A stretch of 64,000 nt of DNA from Candidatus Scalinduaceae bacterium. Lineage in GTDB: Bacteria; Planctomycetota; Brocadiia; Brocadiales; Scalinduaceae. The position numbers and the translations under genes are program-made. Positions 34,945 to 44,085 of this stretch are shown here, piece after piece. The DNA is taken from NCBI GenBank assembly GCA_046759445.1, contig JBHICG010000005.1, positions 1 to 64,000 on the forward strand, written 5' to 3'. The notes beneath the pieces are model-generated. The model was given only the letters and a program-made list of their open reading frames with translations, was not told the origin of the DNA and did no database searches. How positions within the stretch are numbered: position 1 is the first letter of the stretch; each line of letters starts with the position of its first letter.

Positions 34945-36225
34945 ATGAAGGCACTAAGAATAGCCATATTTTTTATGATACCTAGCTTTTTGTTGTCTGA
35001 ATTATGCATTGCTCAAAAGGCGGAGGATTATTTTAGGAGGGGGACGGGTTATTTAGAAACAAGACTTATAGACAAAGCAATTGTTGAATATAAAAAGGCT
35101 TTACCTTTGCTAAAAGAAGATCAAAGTCAATTAAAGGCCGAGATATATTCGGCCCTTGCAAATGCATATAATTGGAAAGGAATATACAAAGCTGCAATTA
35201 CGGCGTGTAAAAAAGCCATAGAAATTAATCCTGATCTCGCTAATGCACACTATAATCTGGGGTTTGCATACAGAGAGGAGAAGAAGAAGAAACTGGCAGA
35301 AAAGGAATTTGCGCTCTATGAAAAATTACTAAAGCAACAAGGAGAATACATTAAAATTCCTGAAAAACCAACTTCAGAGGATATTAATAAGTATGTAAGA
35401 CTTGGAGATAATTATTTTAAGGAAGGTAAATTTGATGAAGCAATATCAGAATACAAAAAGGCATTAGAAATAAAATCCAATGAAGGCATACTCAATAAAC
35501 TTGGTAACGCTTACAAAAGAAAGAGGCTGAAAAATAAATCTACAGGTAAAACTGCAAGAGAGCCTTTGAAAGAACAACGAAAGTCAACAGAAACTGATTT
35601 GGTTGCAGATGAAAAGTATTTAAATAGCATGCCGGAATTGGGAGAAGCAACTGAAGTGGCCCCAGATACTTCAATGGCTGATTCCTTGGCTGAGGGCATT
35701 TTATATTATAATAAAGGGATGCTTGATAAGGCGATAGAAGAATTCAAAGAAGTGATTGAAATTGATCCAGAAGATGTAAACGCTTATTACAACCTTGGAA
35801 ATGCTTACGTTGATAAGGGAATGTTTAACGAAGCAATTTCTGCGTATAAAAGGGCGATAGAAATAAATCCCGAATTTATAGATGCTTATCTTAATCTCGG
35901 GATGATTTATTTGAATAAGGACTTAACTGATGAAGTGATTTCTTTATACAAACAAGCCCTAAAACATAGTCCAAATGATACATTCTTATATTATCATCTC
36001 GGAGAAGCATACGCCTATAAGGAACGATATCAGAAAGCTATAACAGAGTTTAAGAAAGCTATATCCATAAACCCTATGGATCCGGATTCACAGTACCGTT
36101 TAGCAGAAATGTATTACGAAACTAAACAGTTTGACCTTGCATTGAAGCACATAAGGCGTGCTGAAGAATTGGGATACTCTGTGGAACAGGATTTTATTAA
36201 TAATTTGAAAAAGGAAACTCAATAA
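34945..36225 (+). CDS. Exported TPR protein
   Basis: Signal peptide; many TPRs (AHYNLG, AYYNLGNAY, AYLNLG); start placed at the ATG of MKALR. Confidence 0.88.
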   Translation: MKALRIAIFFMIPSFLLSELCIAQKAEDYFRRGTGYLETRLIDKAIVEYKKALPLLKEDQSQLKAEIYSALANAYNWKGIYKAAITACKKAIEINPDLANAHYNLGFAYREEKKKKLAEKEFALYEKLLKQQGEYIKIPEKPTSEDINKYVRLGDNYFKEGKFDEAISEYKKALEIKSNEGILNKLGNAYKRKRLKNKSTGKTAREPLKEQRKSTETDLVADEKYLNSMPELGEATEVAPDTSMADSLAEGILYYNKGMLDKAIEEFKEVIEIDPEDVNAYYNLGNAYVDKGMFNEAISAYKRAIEINPEFIDAYLNLGMIYLNKDLTDEVISLYKQALKHSPNDTFLYYHLGEAYAYKERYQKAITEFKKAISINPMDPDSQYRLAEMYYETKQFDLALKHIRRAEELGYSVEQDFINNLKKETQ

Positions 36226-36956
36226 AATATATAGTACGCTTAGAAAACCAGTTGTATAAACTAAATTGAGTAATTTATGTGATCGCAACCTTTGGGTTGT
36301 GTAATTTCAAAGGATTTTTAATCTCCTGCCAAAACATATAGTTGGACTCCTACAGCTTTTAGATACAGAATCTCTGAATTCACAAATCCTTCGAATTGGC
36401 AAGTTCTTTCCCTTTCCCTGATGTGCAATCATTACAAAGTCTGTCATAGACTGTCTAACACTTTACGTGACACTTCTTTAGATTTTCCAAGACCATCAAA
36501 AATTGACTGATTTTCCAGTCAACTATTGCTGAATGATGTTATGAATAGTAAACGCACCTTATCTTATATATAATAAAGACTTAAATCGAAAATGGAGTGT
36601 TATGAGATACTAAGTTGATTATAATAAACATTGTTCTCCCTGAAAGGATTTCCTCTCTAACTCTCATCTTACAAAAAAACCAGAACTTAACTTATTTATA
36701 TACCATGGCTTACAAAAATATTTACTTTTGAACACATAATGGTAAGAAAATTGTTATATATAAGTTAGCTTTTATTATTATCGATAACTTTTCTTTTGTC
36801 TACTTTGTTTACATCAGGCACATACTCAACTATGAAAACATGGCATGGAGATAACCCTGATGCATAATCTAAAGTATATGGCGTATAGAGGGATAAGATT
36901 TTAGAAAGACAGAACAAGTAAAAGTGACAATACCGATATTTCGAGAACATATAACT

Positions 36957-37295
36957 ATGATATATCATATCAAACGAAATGAAAGGCGAGTTTGTGAAAG
37001 ATTAGAACGCACACTGCCAATAACATTACTTGATCATAAAGTAAAATCAAAAAATATAAGCTCTCGCGGTATTTATTTTGAAACGATAGCAAGTGATGTT
37101 GAAAAGTACTTACCAGGAAAAGCCATTATGGTTGAAGTAGAAGCAACAGCTTCCAGACCTGGACTACCTGAAAGAAAAATTAAACTTGCTGGGATTGGAG
37201 AAGTTATCAGGTTAGAAGAAATAGATAACAACGAATGTGGTAATAAATTAGGCGTGGCTTTAAAGTTCAGTGAGAAACTTAAAGTATATTTTTAA
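36957..37295 (+). CDS. PilZ domain protein (c-di-GMP receptor candidate)
   Basis: ERRVCER (RxxxR) and NISSRG ([D/N]xSxxG), GEVIR, GVALKF. Confidence 0.8.
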   Translation: MIYHIKRNERRVCERLERTLPITLLDHKVKSKNISSRGIYFETIASDVEKYLPGKAIMVEVEATASRPGLPERKIKLAGIGEVIRLEEIDNNECGNKLGVALKFSEKLKVYF

Positions 37296-37403
37296 TTTGA
37301 ATCTTTTTAGATTGTATAAGCAGTATCATAATATTCTCGGACATTAAGTGTCTAAATTAAATAGACATGGACAACAAACATTAAAAGGAGGGAGGGTTAA
37401 TTC

Positions 37404-37592
37404 ATGAATGCATTGTTAACAATCTCAGAAGTTGCTGAGAGAGTTGGTGTAAGTACAAGAACAATCCAGAGATGGGAAGCGACAGGAAGGGTTAAAAAGG
37501 CAAAAAGGGATCGAAGGGGCTGGAGAGTATTTGACCACGATGATGTTGAAGACCTAATAACATTTCATAATATGGTTGCATCATTTTCATGA
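37404..37592 (+). CDS. Small stand-alone MerR-like HTH protein (BldC/Xis-like)
   Basis: LTISEVAERVGVSTRTIQRWE...RDRRGWRVF; no effector domain; strong RBS AGGAGG. Confidence 0.85.
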   Translation: MNALLTISEVAERVGVSTRTIQRWEATGRVKKAKRDRRGWRVFDHDDVEDLITFHNMVASFS

Positions 37593-38455
37593 GATTTGAA
37601 GCGGAATAGACAATTTAGCTTATATAAAAACAAAATAGTGAATAATAAGGCTGAAGGCCAATATATATAAGTATAGGTCCTACCATGTCTGTCCAGGACT
37701 GTCATAGACACTCCATGACACCGTAGATTTTAACTTGACAATTAAAAATATTTCTATATTTTCATTAACAACTTCTGGCATATTGACGTAATTACCCACA
37801 TTAAATCTTAGGTGAAGTGAAGTGCAAAAGGCCACTGTTACTGTTCCGCATTTTTTCTCACACCTATATCTGCATTTTCCGCAGAGACATAATAATAAAT
37901 CATCGGTTCAATCACTTATACCATGTTTCAGGGTTTATGAAACACTTCAAATAAATCCTTCGAATTTCCTGGTTTTCAATCCTGCTTTTGTTCGAGGGAT
38001 TATCGTTCGTAAAACATATATTTAAGATTATCTCGAACAGGTGCGGTTGATTTTAAGGATATGCTTATTTCTACTTGAGAGCGTTGGTATAGGCACGACT
38101 AGTCCTCAGGAGCATATCCAAAGCCATGATGGACGCTAATGTAGTCAGGAGATCGTGTAAATGGGAGCGAATAGTAATGGCATTGTAAAAGACTAAAGAA
38201 GGCAGACATTTAACGAGGTAGATATCTTTCAAACGTACAGGGATGTGCGGAGGTGTTTTCCACTGAGATAATATACGGTGGTGTGTGGACAAATAAGGAT
38301 TACTTATCTTTTAAGAGGATAGAAGAATGATGAACTTACAGAACTATTATGTAAAAATGTATTTTAAAAAATTAAGACATTTTCTATAATCTTTTATTTT
38401 CCTTTTGTTTTCGGAATTTCAAGATAGGACTGGTCTCAGAAAGACAACTCCAATT

Positions 38456-39466
38456 ATGAATTTAAAAAAAACAATCCGTTGGCCACTTGTCATTATTGCA
38501 CTGCTGGCAGCAGCATTTTTTACGATACCCAACCCCGTTCACCGTATTCTCCTGAAAAAAAATCTGATGCCAGTCATAGAGAATAAAATTTATCGCAGTG
38601 CGCAGCCGGCTGCATCAGATATTGCCGCCTGGAGTAAGCAGTTGAAATTACGCAGTATTGTCAATTTGCGAAGTGGTGGTCACTGGCTGAAAGATGAAAT
38701 GGCTGCTGCAAAATCAGAGGGACTTAATTTTTATAGTGTCCATATAAGTTCCGGTCATTTACCTGAAATGCATGTTTTGCGTAAACTGATTCATATTTTA
38801 GACACAGCGCCACAACCTTTATTAGTGCACTGTTTAAGCGGAATAGATCGTTCCGGTTTTTTTTCAGCATTGGCAATTTTACTTAACGGAGGAAATCTTG
38901 AACAAGCTCGTAAACAATTCAGTCTATCAAAAGGTTTCACACCATTTCGTGACGCAGATGCCCTACTTTTGTTCTTATCAGAATATGAAAACTGGTTAGC
39001 TGGAAATAAGCTGCACCATACACCTGAACATTTGCGTCATTGGGCTCAGGATATTTACATTCCTTATTTCTACCATGCATCCATCACTCCCATCACATTC
39101 CCTGATCAAGTTCTTGTTGGTCAGTCAACTCCCTTAAAAGTTGCAGTCAAAAATACTAGCTATCAAACGATTCCCTTCCGCACCAGCGAAAGGGGTGTTC
39201 ACTTAGGAGCTTTTTTACATAAGGTGGATTCACAAGGAAAGTTACCCACGCAACTTAGAGGTCGTTTTATTGACCTTGATCTTGCACCTAACGAAACAAC
39301 AGTGCTTGACCTGCAATTACCTTCTATAACGGAACCGGGGAAATATCTTTTAGAAATCGACCTGGTTGATGAGCTGGTACGCTGGTTTCACGAAATGGGC
39401 ATCCCGATGTATCAATTTGAATTTGAAGTTGTTCCAACATCTCCCCCCCCTATCGACCCGACATAA
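38456..39466 (+). CDS. Membrane-anchored/exported protein tyrosine (dual-specificity) phosphatase with C-terminal Ig-like domain
   Basis: IYRSAQP, SIVNLR, P-loop HCLSGIDRSG; C-terminal beta-sandwich (DLAPNET, PGKYLLEIDLVDE). Confidence 0.8.
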   Translation: MNLKKTIRWPLVIIALLAAAFFTIPNPVHRILLKKNLMPVIENKIYRSAQPAASDIAAWSKQLKLRSIVNLRSGGHWLKDEMAAAKSEGLNFYSVHISSGHLPEMHVLRKLIHILDTAPQPLLVHCLSGIDRSGFFSALAILLNGGNLEQARKQFSLSKGFTPFRDADALLLFLSEYENWLAGNKLHHTPEHLRHWAQDIYIPYFYHASITPITFPDQVLVGQSTPLKVAVKNTSYQTIPFRTSERGVHLGAFLHKVDSQGKLPTQLRGRFIDLDLAPNETTVLDLQLPSITEPGKYLLEIDLVDELVRWFHEMGIPMYQFEFEVVPTSPPPIDPT

Positions 39467-39796
39467 TTGCCCTATATATTTTTCGGTCTTTCAGTGGGTG
39501 CAGGGTTTATTTTGTACCGACAGGCACACTTTTAAACTAAATCCCGCACATTTTCAAAGTTAAATCTGTACTAACAGCTCTCCACTATCGCAACAATATC
39601 AATATGGCAAAGACCATTGGTAATGAGGGACAACACTTCCCATATTTCATTTCAACAGTAATATAGATTGATTGTTTGTAGAGTTTCAAAGTTCGTAGTT
39701 CCTGGTTTCTTGTTTGTTGTGTGAAGAAAATATTCTCACTGTTCACGAAGGTAGAAAGAAACAGTAGCAGAGATATCGAAGACATTTGGAAGTTAT

Positions 39797-40954
39797 TCAT
39801 TCATCGCCTTCTAAACACTCAATCTCCGTTGCAAGTTCATGTTCAGTGATACTTCTTAAACCACCTAATCCTGGATTGTCTACGCCCTTATGTTGGATTA
39901 AGACCTTGAATATATCTCCCATCCCACCCGGTAGGATAAGGTTCTTCATTGTCAGGAATCTTCCAATATTCCCGTGTGATTCTTTCATCTTATCAAGGAT
40001 GTTAAGGGCTATTAGAAAGTGTGACTGTTTGGTATATCCCGTTGTCGTTAATCCGGATTCCTTTCCGGTTTGCATCAAGGCGCTAAAATTTACATGAGAC
40101 GTTATATCCTGATTGCCTAACCTTGAGAATGGATTTTCAGATGTGGTATGTTTGTAGTAACACATCAGAGTCCCCCTGGCTCTATTTTCAGAATAAAGGT
40201 CTTCGGCAAGATAGCCATAATCTATAGTAATAACGAATCCCCTCTTTAAGAAACTAGATACGTTCCTCATCCAGTCCAGAGCTTTCAGGTTTACTTCTGC
40301 CTTCTGTCCTTCATTAAGATTTACGTTTAATTCTTTGAAATAATCTTTCAATTTTGGGATAGATAGTTCGTCTATTATTTCAAAAAACTCACCATTATTT
40401 GTTTCTACATATATTTCCCTCAAACAACCATTTTCAACAATTACCTGATGTACGGGAAGAGAGTCAATAAATTCGTTTGACAAAAAGCATCCATTGACAG
40501 GTTCGAACGTAAATCCATCTGACGAAAAAGACTCCCACTTAATTTTGTCTTCAAATTCCTTTAAGATTCCAGATTGTTTTTTTACAAAATCCTTGCTTAT
40601 CTCTACAATTTTATAATCTAACTTCTCAAAAAAATCGGGAAATTTATCCTTAATAAAACTGATTATATCGTAACAAAGCCAGCCCTTACCTGCTCCCATC
40701 TCCACAACCGTAAAATTACCACTTTCTAAGAGCCTCCACATCTGTTCCAGTTGTCTGGCAATAAGTTCTCCGAATACAGGATGAACGTCTGAACTCGTAT
40801 AAAAGTCACCTCTTTTGCCTATCCTCTCATTTTTGTAGGTGTAGTATCCATGTTCCGGATGATAAAGCGCTAAGTCCATAAATTCTTCAAAAGTTATCTT
40901 TCCCTTCTTTTCTATTAAATCAATAATAACAGCCTTTAAGTCTGAGTAATTCAT
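39797..40954 (-). CDS. SAM-dependent methyltransferase, MidA/NDUFAF7 family
   Basis: FMDLALYHP..GYY, GDFYTS, EMGAGKG, NEFIDSLP, IDYG, QDITSHVNF. Confidence 0.92.
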   Translation of the reverse strand: MNYSDLKAVIIDLIEKKGKITFEEFMDLALYHPEHGYYTYKNERIGKRGDFYTSSDVHPVFGELIARQLEQMWRLLESGNFTVVEMGAGKGWLCYDIISFIKDKFPDFFEKLDYKIVEISKDFVKKQSGILKEFEDKIKWESFSSDGFTFEPVNGCFLSNEFIDSLPVHQVIVENGCLREIYVETNNGEFFEIIDELSIPKLKDYFKELNVNLNEGQKAEVNLKALDWMRNVSSFLKRGFVITIDYGYLAEDLYSENRARGTLMCYYKHTTSENPFSRLGNQDITSHVNFSALMQTGKESGLTTTGYTKQSHFLIALNILDKMKESHGNIGRFLTMKNLILPGGMGDIFKVLIQHKGVDNPGLGGLRSITEHELATEIECLEGDE

Positions 40955-41297
40955 AAAACGAATGTTATCAGAAACAGTATCCAGTTTCTAAGGTATAATC
41001 TAAAGATTTGGACTTTTTAATATGTGTTATATTGATGTTTAAGGTTCAATTTTTTAAGGCAATAGAAGGATTTGTAAGTCTTTCTTGCAATAGATGTTAT
41101 GCTTGCATAAATTCATATTAGAAATCTTTATTATTTAGACATAATTGGCACGACAATTGTTCTAATAAACTTTAGAAGAAGAAAATCATTGCTTAATATC
41201 AAATGTTGAAAATTTTATTTCTTCAAATAAAACAGAAAAAGGCAATAAAATATTTGATATTAGACAAATTATTAATAAATAATGCGAAAAGGAGGGT

Positions 41298-41726
41298 ATG
41301 AGAGTGTGTAGGATCACAAGATGCGCAATGCTAACCTTCTTTTTAGGGGCTTTTTTGTTTGGCTTCAATGCTTATGCTGGAAAATCAATTGATTGGCCTG
41401 GTTTCGCAGAAGGAGCTGCAAGTCTTGCTGTAATCGAGGGTAAGATAAAGAGTATCGATCTGGAAAAAATGAATTTAACATTGGAAGATTGTGAACTGTT
41501 AGGATCAGAGCCCTTAATGCTATATAAAGGCACCGTCTGCTATATAGGAGATGAAAAGACTGACATAGTATCTATTAGAGACGGAACAAAGTTCCAGAAG
41601 AAAGACGAAATAAGCTTCGATCATCTTAAGGCTGGTGATTACGTCAAATGCAATTATTCAATAAAGGAAGGTAAGTTTAAGGCAGTAAGAATTGTCTTGA
41701 CTACAACATATCTTAGAATGGAGTAA
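41298..41726 (+). CDS. Exported hypothetical protein (OB-fold/DUF5666-like)
   Basis: Signal peptide, RBS AAGGAGG, IEGKIKSID...FDHLKAGDYV pattern. Confidence 0.6.
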   Translation: MRVCRITRCAMLTFFLGAFLFGFNAYAGKSIDWPGFAEGAASLAVIEGKIKSIDLEKMNLTLEDCELLGSEPLMLYKGTVCYIGDEKTDIVSIRDGTKFQKKDEISFDHLKAGDYVKCNYSIKEGKFKAVRIVLTTTYLRME

Positions 41727-41875
41727 TTAGTAATAAAAGAATGGGGAGAGAATAGTTTCTGTTGCCGGAAAATAAATATGTGCCGATATAAATACTCAAG
41801 AAATTGTTTCTCGCAACAGGAAGTCCTTATCTTTTATCGTAAGCAGAAAATGCTTATTTTAAACAAAGCAATGAT

Positions 41876-41906
41876 AAAAAGGCCTGCATCTATGCGGGCT
41901 TTTTTT
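41876..41906. terminator. Bidirectional Rho-independent terminator
   Basis: AAAAAGGCCTGCA-TCTA-TGCGGGCTTTTTTT. Confidence 0.8.
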
Positions 41907-41943
41907 GTACACGCATTCAAAGTGTACGTATATAAAACTTAAA

Positions 41944-42092
41944 GGGGTATGCACTTGACTGACCTAAAATTTCCATAAGATATTGATCATGCATAACTTA
42001 ATGGTAATAATTTGACAATCGGCCTAAAACACCTTAACTAATTATTTTTTCAAGTGCTTACGATTTAATTGGGTCAGTCAAGTGCATACCCC
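41944..42092. mobile_element. MITE-like element with 21-bp perfect terminal inverted repeats
   Basis: GGGGTATGCACTTGACTGACC (41944-41964) and its reverse complement (42072-42092); AAACTTAAA on both flanks. Confidence 0.75.
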
Positions 42093-42264
42093 CGTAAACT
42101 TAAACTACATTTATATACTAAAGTAGTTCCACTAATCTTCTTAAGTTTTGGACCATTTATCCAGATAGTTATTCAAAACTGACTTGTAGGTCTCGATTTA
42201 TATATTTGTACATGTCCGAAAAAATATAGTAATATATCACTCACGAAAAGAGCATAAATTTATT

Positions 42265-43017
42265 ATGAAACTTACTATTCTGGGTTCCGGTACAGGTATT
42301 GTTACTGCAAGGAGGGGCTCTTCCGGCTACCTTGTATGCATAAATGATAAGAGTCTGTTGATAGATAGTGGCTCAGGGACATTAAAAAAGCTTACAGAGG
42401 CTTCTTCAAGTTATAAAGAGATTGATTATGCAATTTATACACATTTTCATCCTGACCACGTCGTAGACCTGATTTCACTCCTGTTTGCATTGAGAATACC
42501 TAACAACGACGTTAATAAAAAGCTGACCATAATAGGACCGACTGGTATGAATGATTTATATCAGAATCTATCCAGGGATTTCAATAATTTCATCGAGCCA
42601 AGGGGGTACGAACTGGATATTAAGGAATTATTGGAGGGTTATATCGATTTTGAAGATTTCAAGATTACTTCAAGCCTTGTTAAGCATCTTGATAACAGTG
42701 TTGCATATCGTGTCGAATCTGAGGATGGAAAAACATTGGTGTATTCAGGAGACACAGATTACTGTGAAAGCATGGTCAACCTGGCAACAGATGTAGATGT
42801 GCTTTTGCTCGAATGCTCATATCCAAAACATATGAGGGTAGAAGGTCATCTAAACTCAACACTTGCAGGGAGGATTGCGAGGGAATCAAATTGCAAAAAG
42901 CTTGTGCTAACACATTTTTATCCAATTTGTGATGAATACGATATTTTGGGTCAATGTAAAGAGGAATTTAAAGGAAAGATAATCCTGGCTGAGGATTTAA
43001 TGAGTATAGAGATATAG
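42265..43017 (+). CDS. MBL-fold metallo-hydrolase (RNase Z/BN-like)
   Basis: ILGSG, LLIDSG, THFHPDH, YSGDT, GHL, LTHFYP. Confidence 0.88.
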   Translation: MKLTILGSGTGIVTARRGSSGYLVCINDKSLLIDSGSGTLKKLTEASSSYKEIDYAIYTHFHPDHVVDLISLLFALRIPNNDVNKKLTIIGPTGMNDLYQNLSRDFNNFIEPRGYELDIKELLEGYIDFEDFKITSSLVKHLDNSVAYRVESEDGKTLVYSGDTDYCESMVNLATDVDVLLLECSYPKHMRVEGHLNSTLAGRIARESNCKKLVLTHFYPICDEYDILGQCKEEFKGKIILAEDLMSIEI

Positions 43018-43081
43018 GCATATACTGGATATCAAGCAAATTCATTTTCTTAAATAAGCATACCCACTTTAGGAGATAAAT

Positions 43082-43129
43082 AAAAAAAAGGCGCTCTTAT
43101 GTATTACTTGCACAAGAACGCCTGTTTTT
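43082..43129. terminator. Bidirectional terminator between convergent genes
   Basis: AAAAAAAAGGCGCTCTTATG...CACAAGAACGCCTGTTTTT. Confidence 0.6.
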
Positions 43130-43160
43130 ACACCTTTGTTTTGATAATGCATTAAATTAC

Positions 43161-43508
43161 TTAGTAATAACCTTCACCACGTTGCTTTCTTTTCTTTTTT
43201 TTGGGTTTCTCTCGATAACTTTGTTTGGGTTTTTCAGATTCAGAATATTTACCAGGTTCCTTTTTGTATGCATTTGCGCAACCCTCACAGCAAAAGGGGA
43301 TGCTCTTTCCCTCGTGTTCTACCTCTACGCGTTTACCCTTACTATCCACGCCCTTTCCACAAACTATACATCCATTCTCAGGTTTTTCACCAGCAGAGAC
43401 TTCTTTAATATCACAATAACTGTCTGCGAATACAATATTGTTTGAATAAGATGTCATTAACGCATACGCAATAACAACAATACCTATAATATAACTAGCA
43501 TGCTTCAT
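43161..43508 (-). CDS. Exported YHS/TRASH metal-binding domain protein
   Basis: Signal peptide; CIVCG...EHEGKSIPFCCEGCANAYKKEPGKY; AGGAG RBS. Confidence 0.8.
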   Translation of the reverse strand: MKHASYIIGIVVIAYALMTSYSNNIVFADSYCDIKEVSAGEKPENGCIVCGKGVDSKGKRVEVEHEGKSIPFCCEGCANAYKKEPGKYSESEKPKQSYREKPKKKKRKQRGEGYY

Positions 43509-44085
43509 ACGTTCTCTCCTTTAAAATAAAAATGGTGTTTAAATATTTTTATCCAACAAAAATCATTATAACGCATTTGGCGTAGCTTACGAAACAAAAA
43601 ATATTCCTGATTAGTTCCATAATTTTAATACCCAAAATAAATTTACTGACGTCACTTAACTCTGATCAGCTTATAAAATTCATTTATTGTCTTTTTGCCC
43701 TTACATCCGCTACACTATTAAAAGGGCTGTGCCTAACAATTTATCATAATTAAGGTACGTTAAAAAAAAGGATTTCTGTCACTTATCGTTTACTGAGATG
43801 AGATAAAAAATGCGTTTGATTTATGCCATTTGTGCAATTATATTAACACATGCTATTTCTGGTTTTGCTATTGGTTATCGAAAATTGGTCATCGCTTGAT
43901 AAAGTGGAGACAATCTGTGTTAGACGCATATTCCTATTAGTAGAATAATCACAAGTAGTTATCGATGTTACGTTACATCTATATCTTGCTATTATTACGT
44001 TTATGCAATACCAACGCAGTTTCGCACGTATTCAAATGCAAATCTACTAATTCCGACCTGATTTAGTAAAATGAGAAAATAGTTT

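Noticed and set aside
36320..36420. c-di-GMP-I riboswitch-like words on the minus strand near the PilZ gene
   Set aside because: Lacks the GGCAAA/GACGCAAAGC core and the P3 pairing.
37811..37865. GCCACTG suggesting a cobalamin riboswitch
   Set aside because: The other conserved B12-box elements (GGGAA, GGGAAGG) are absent.
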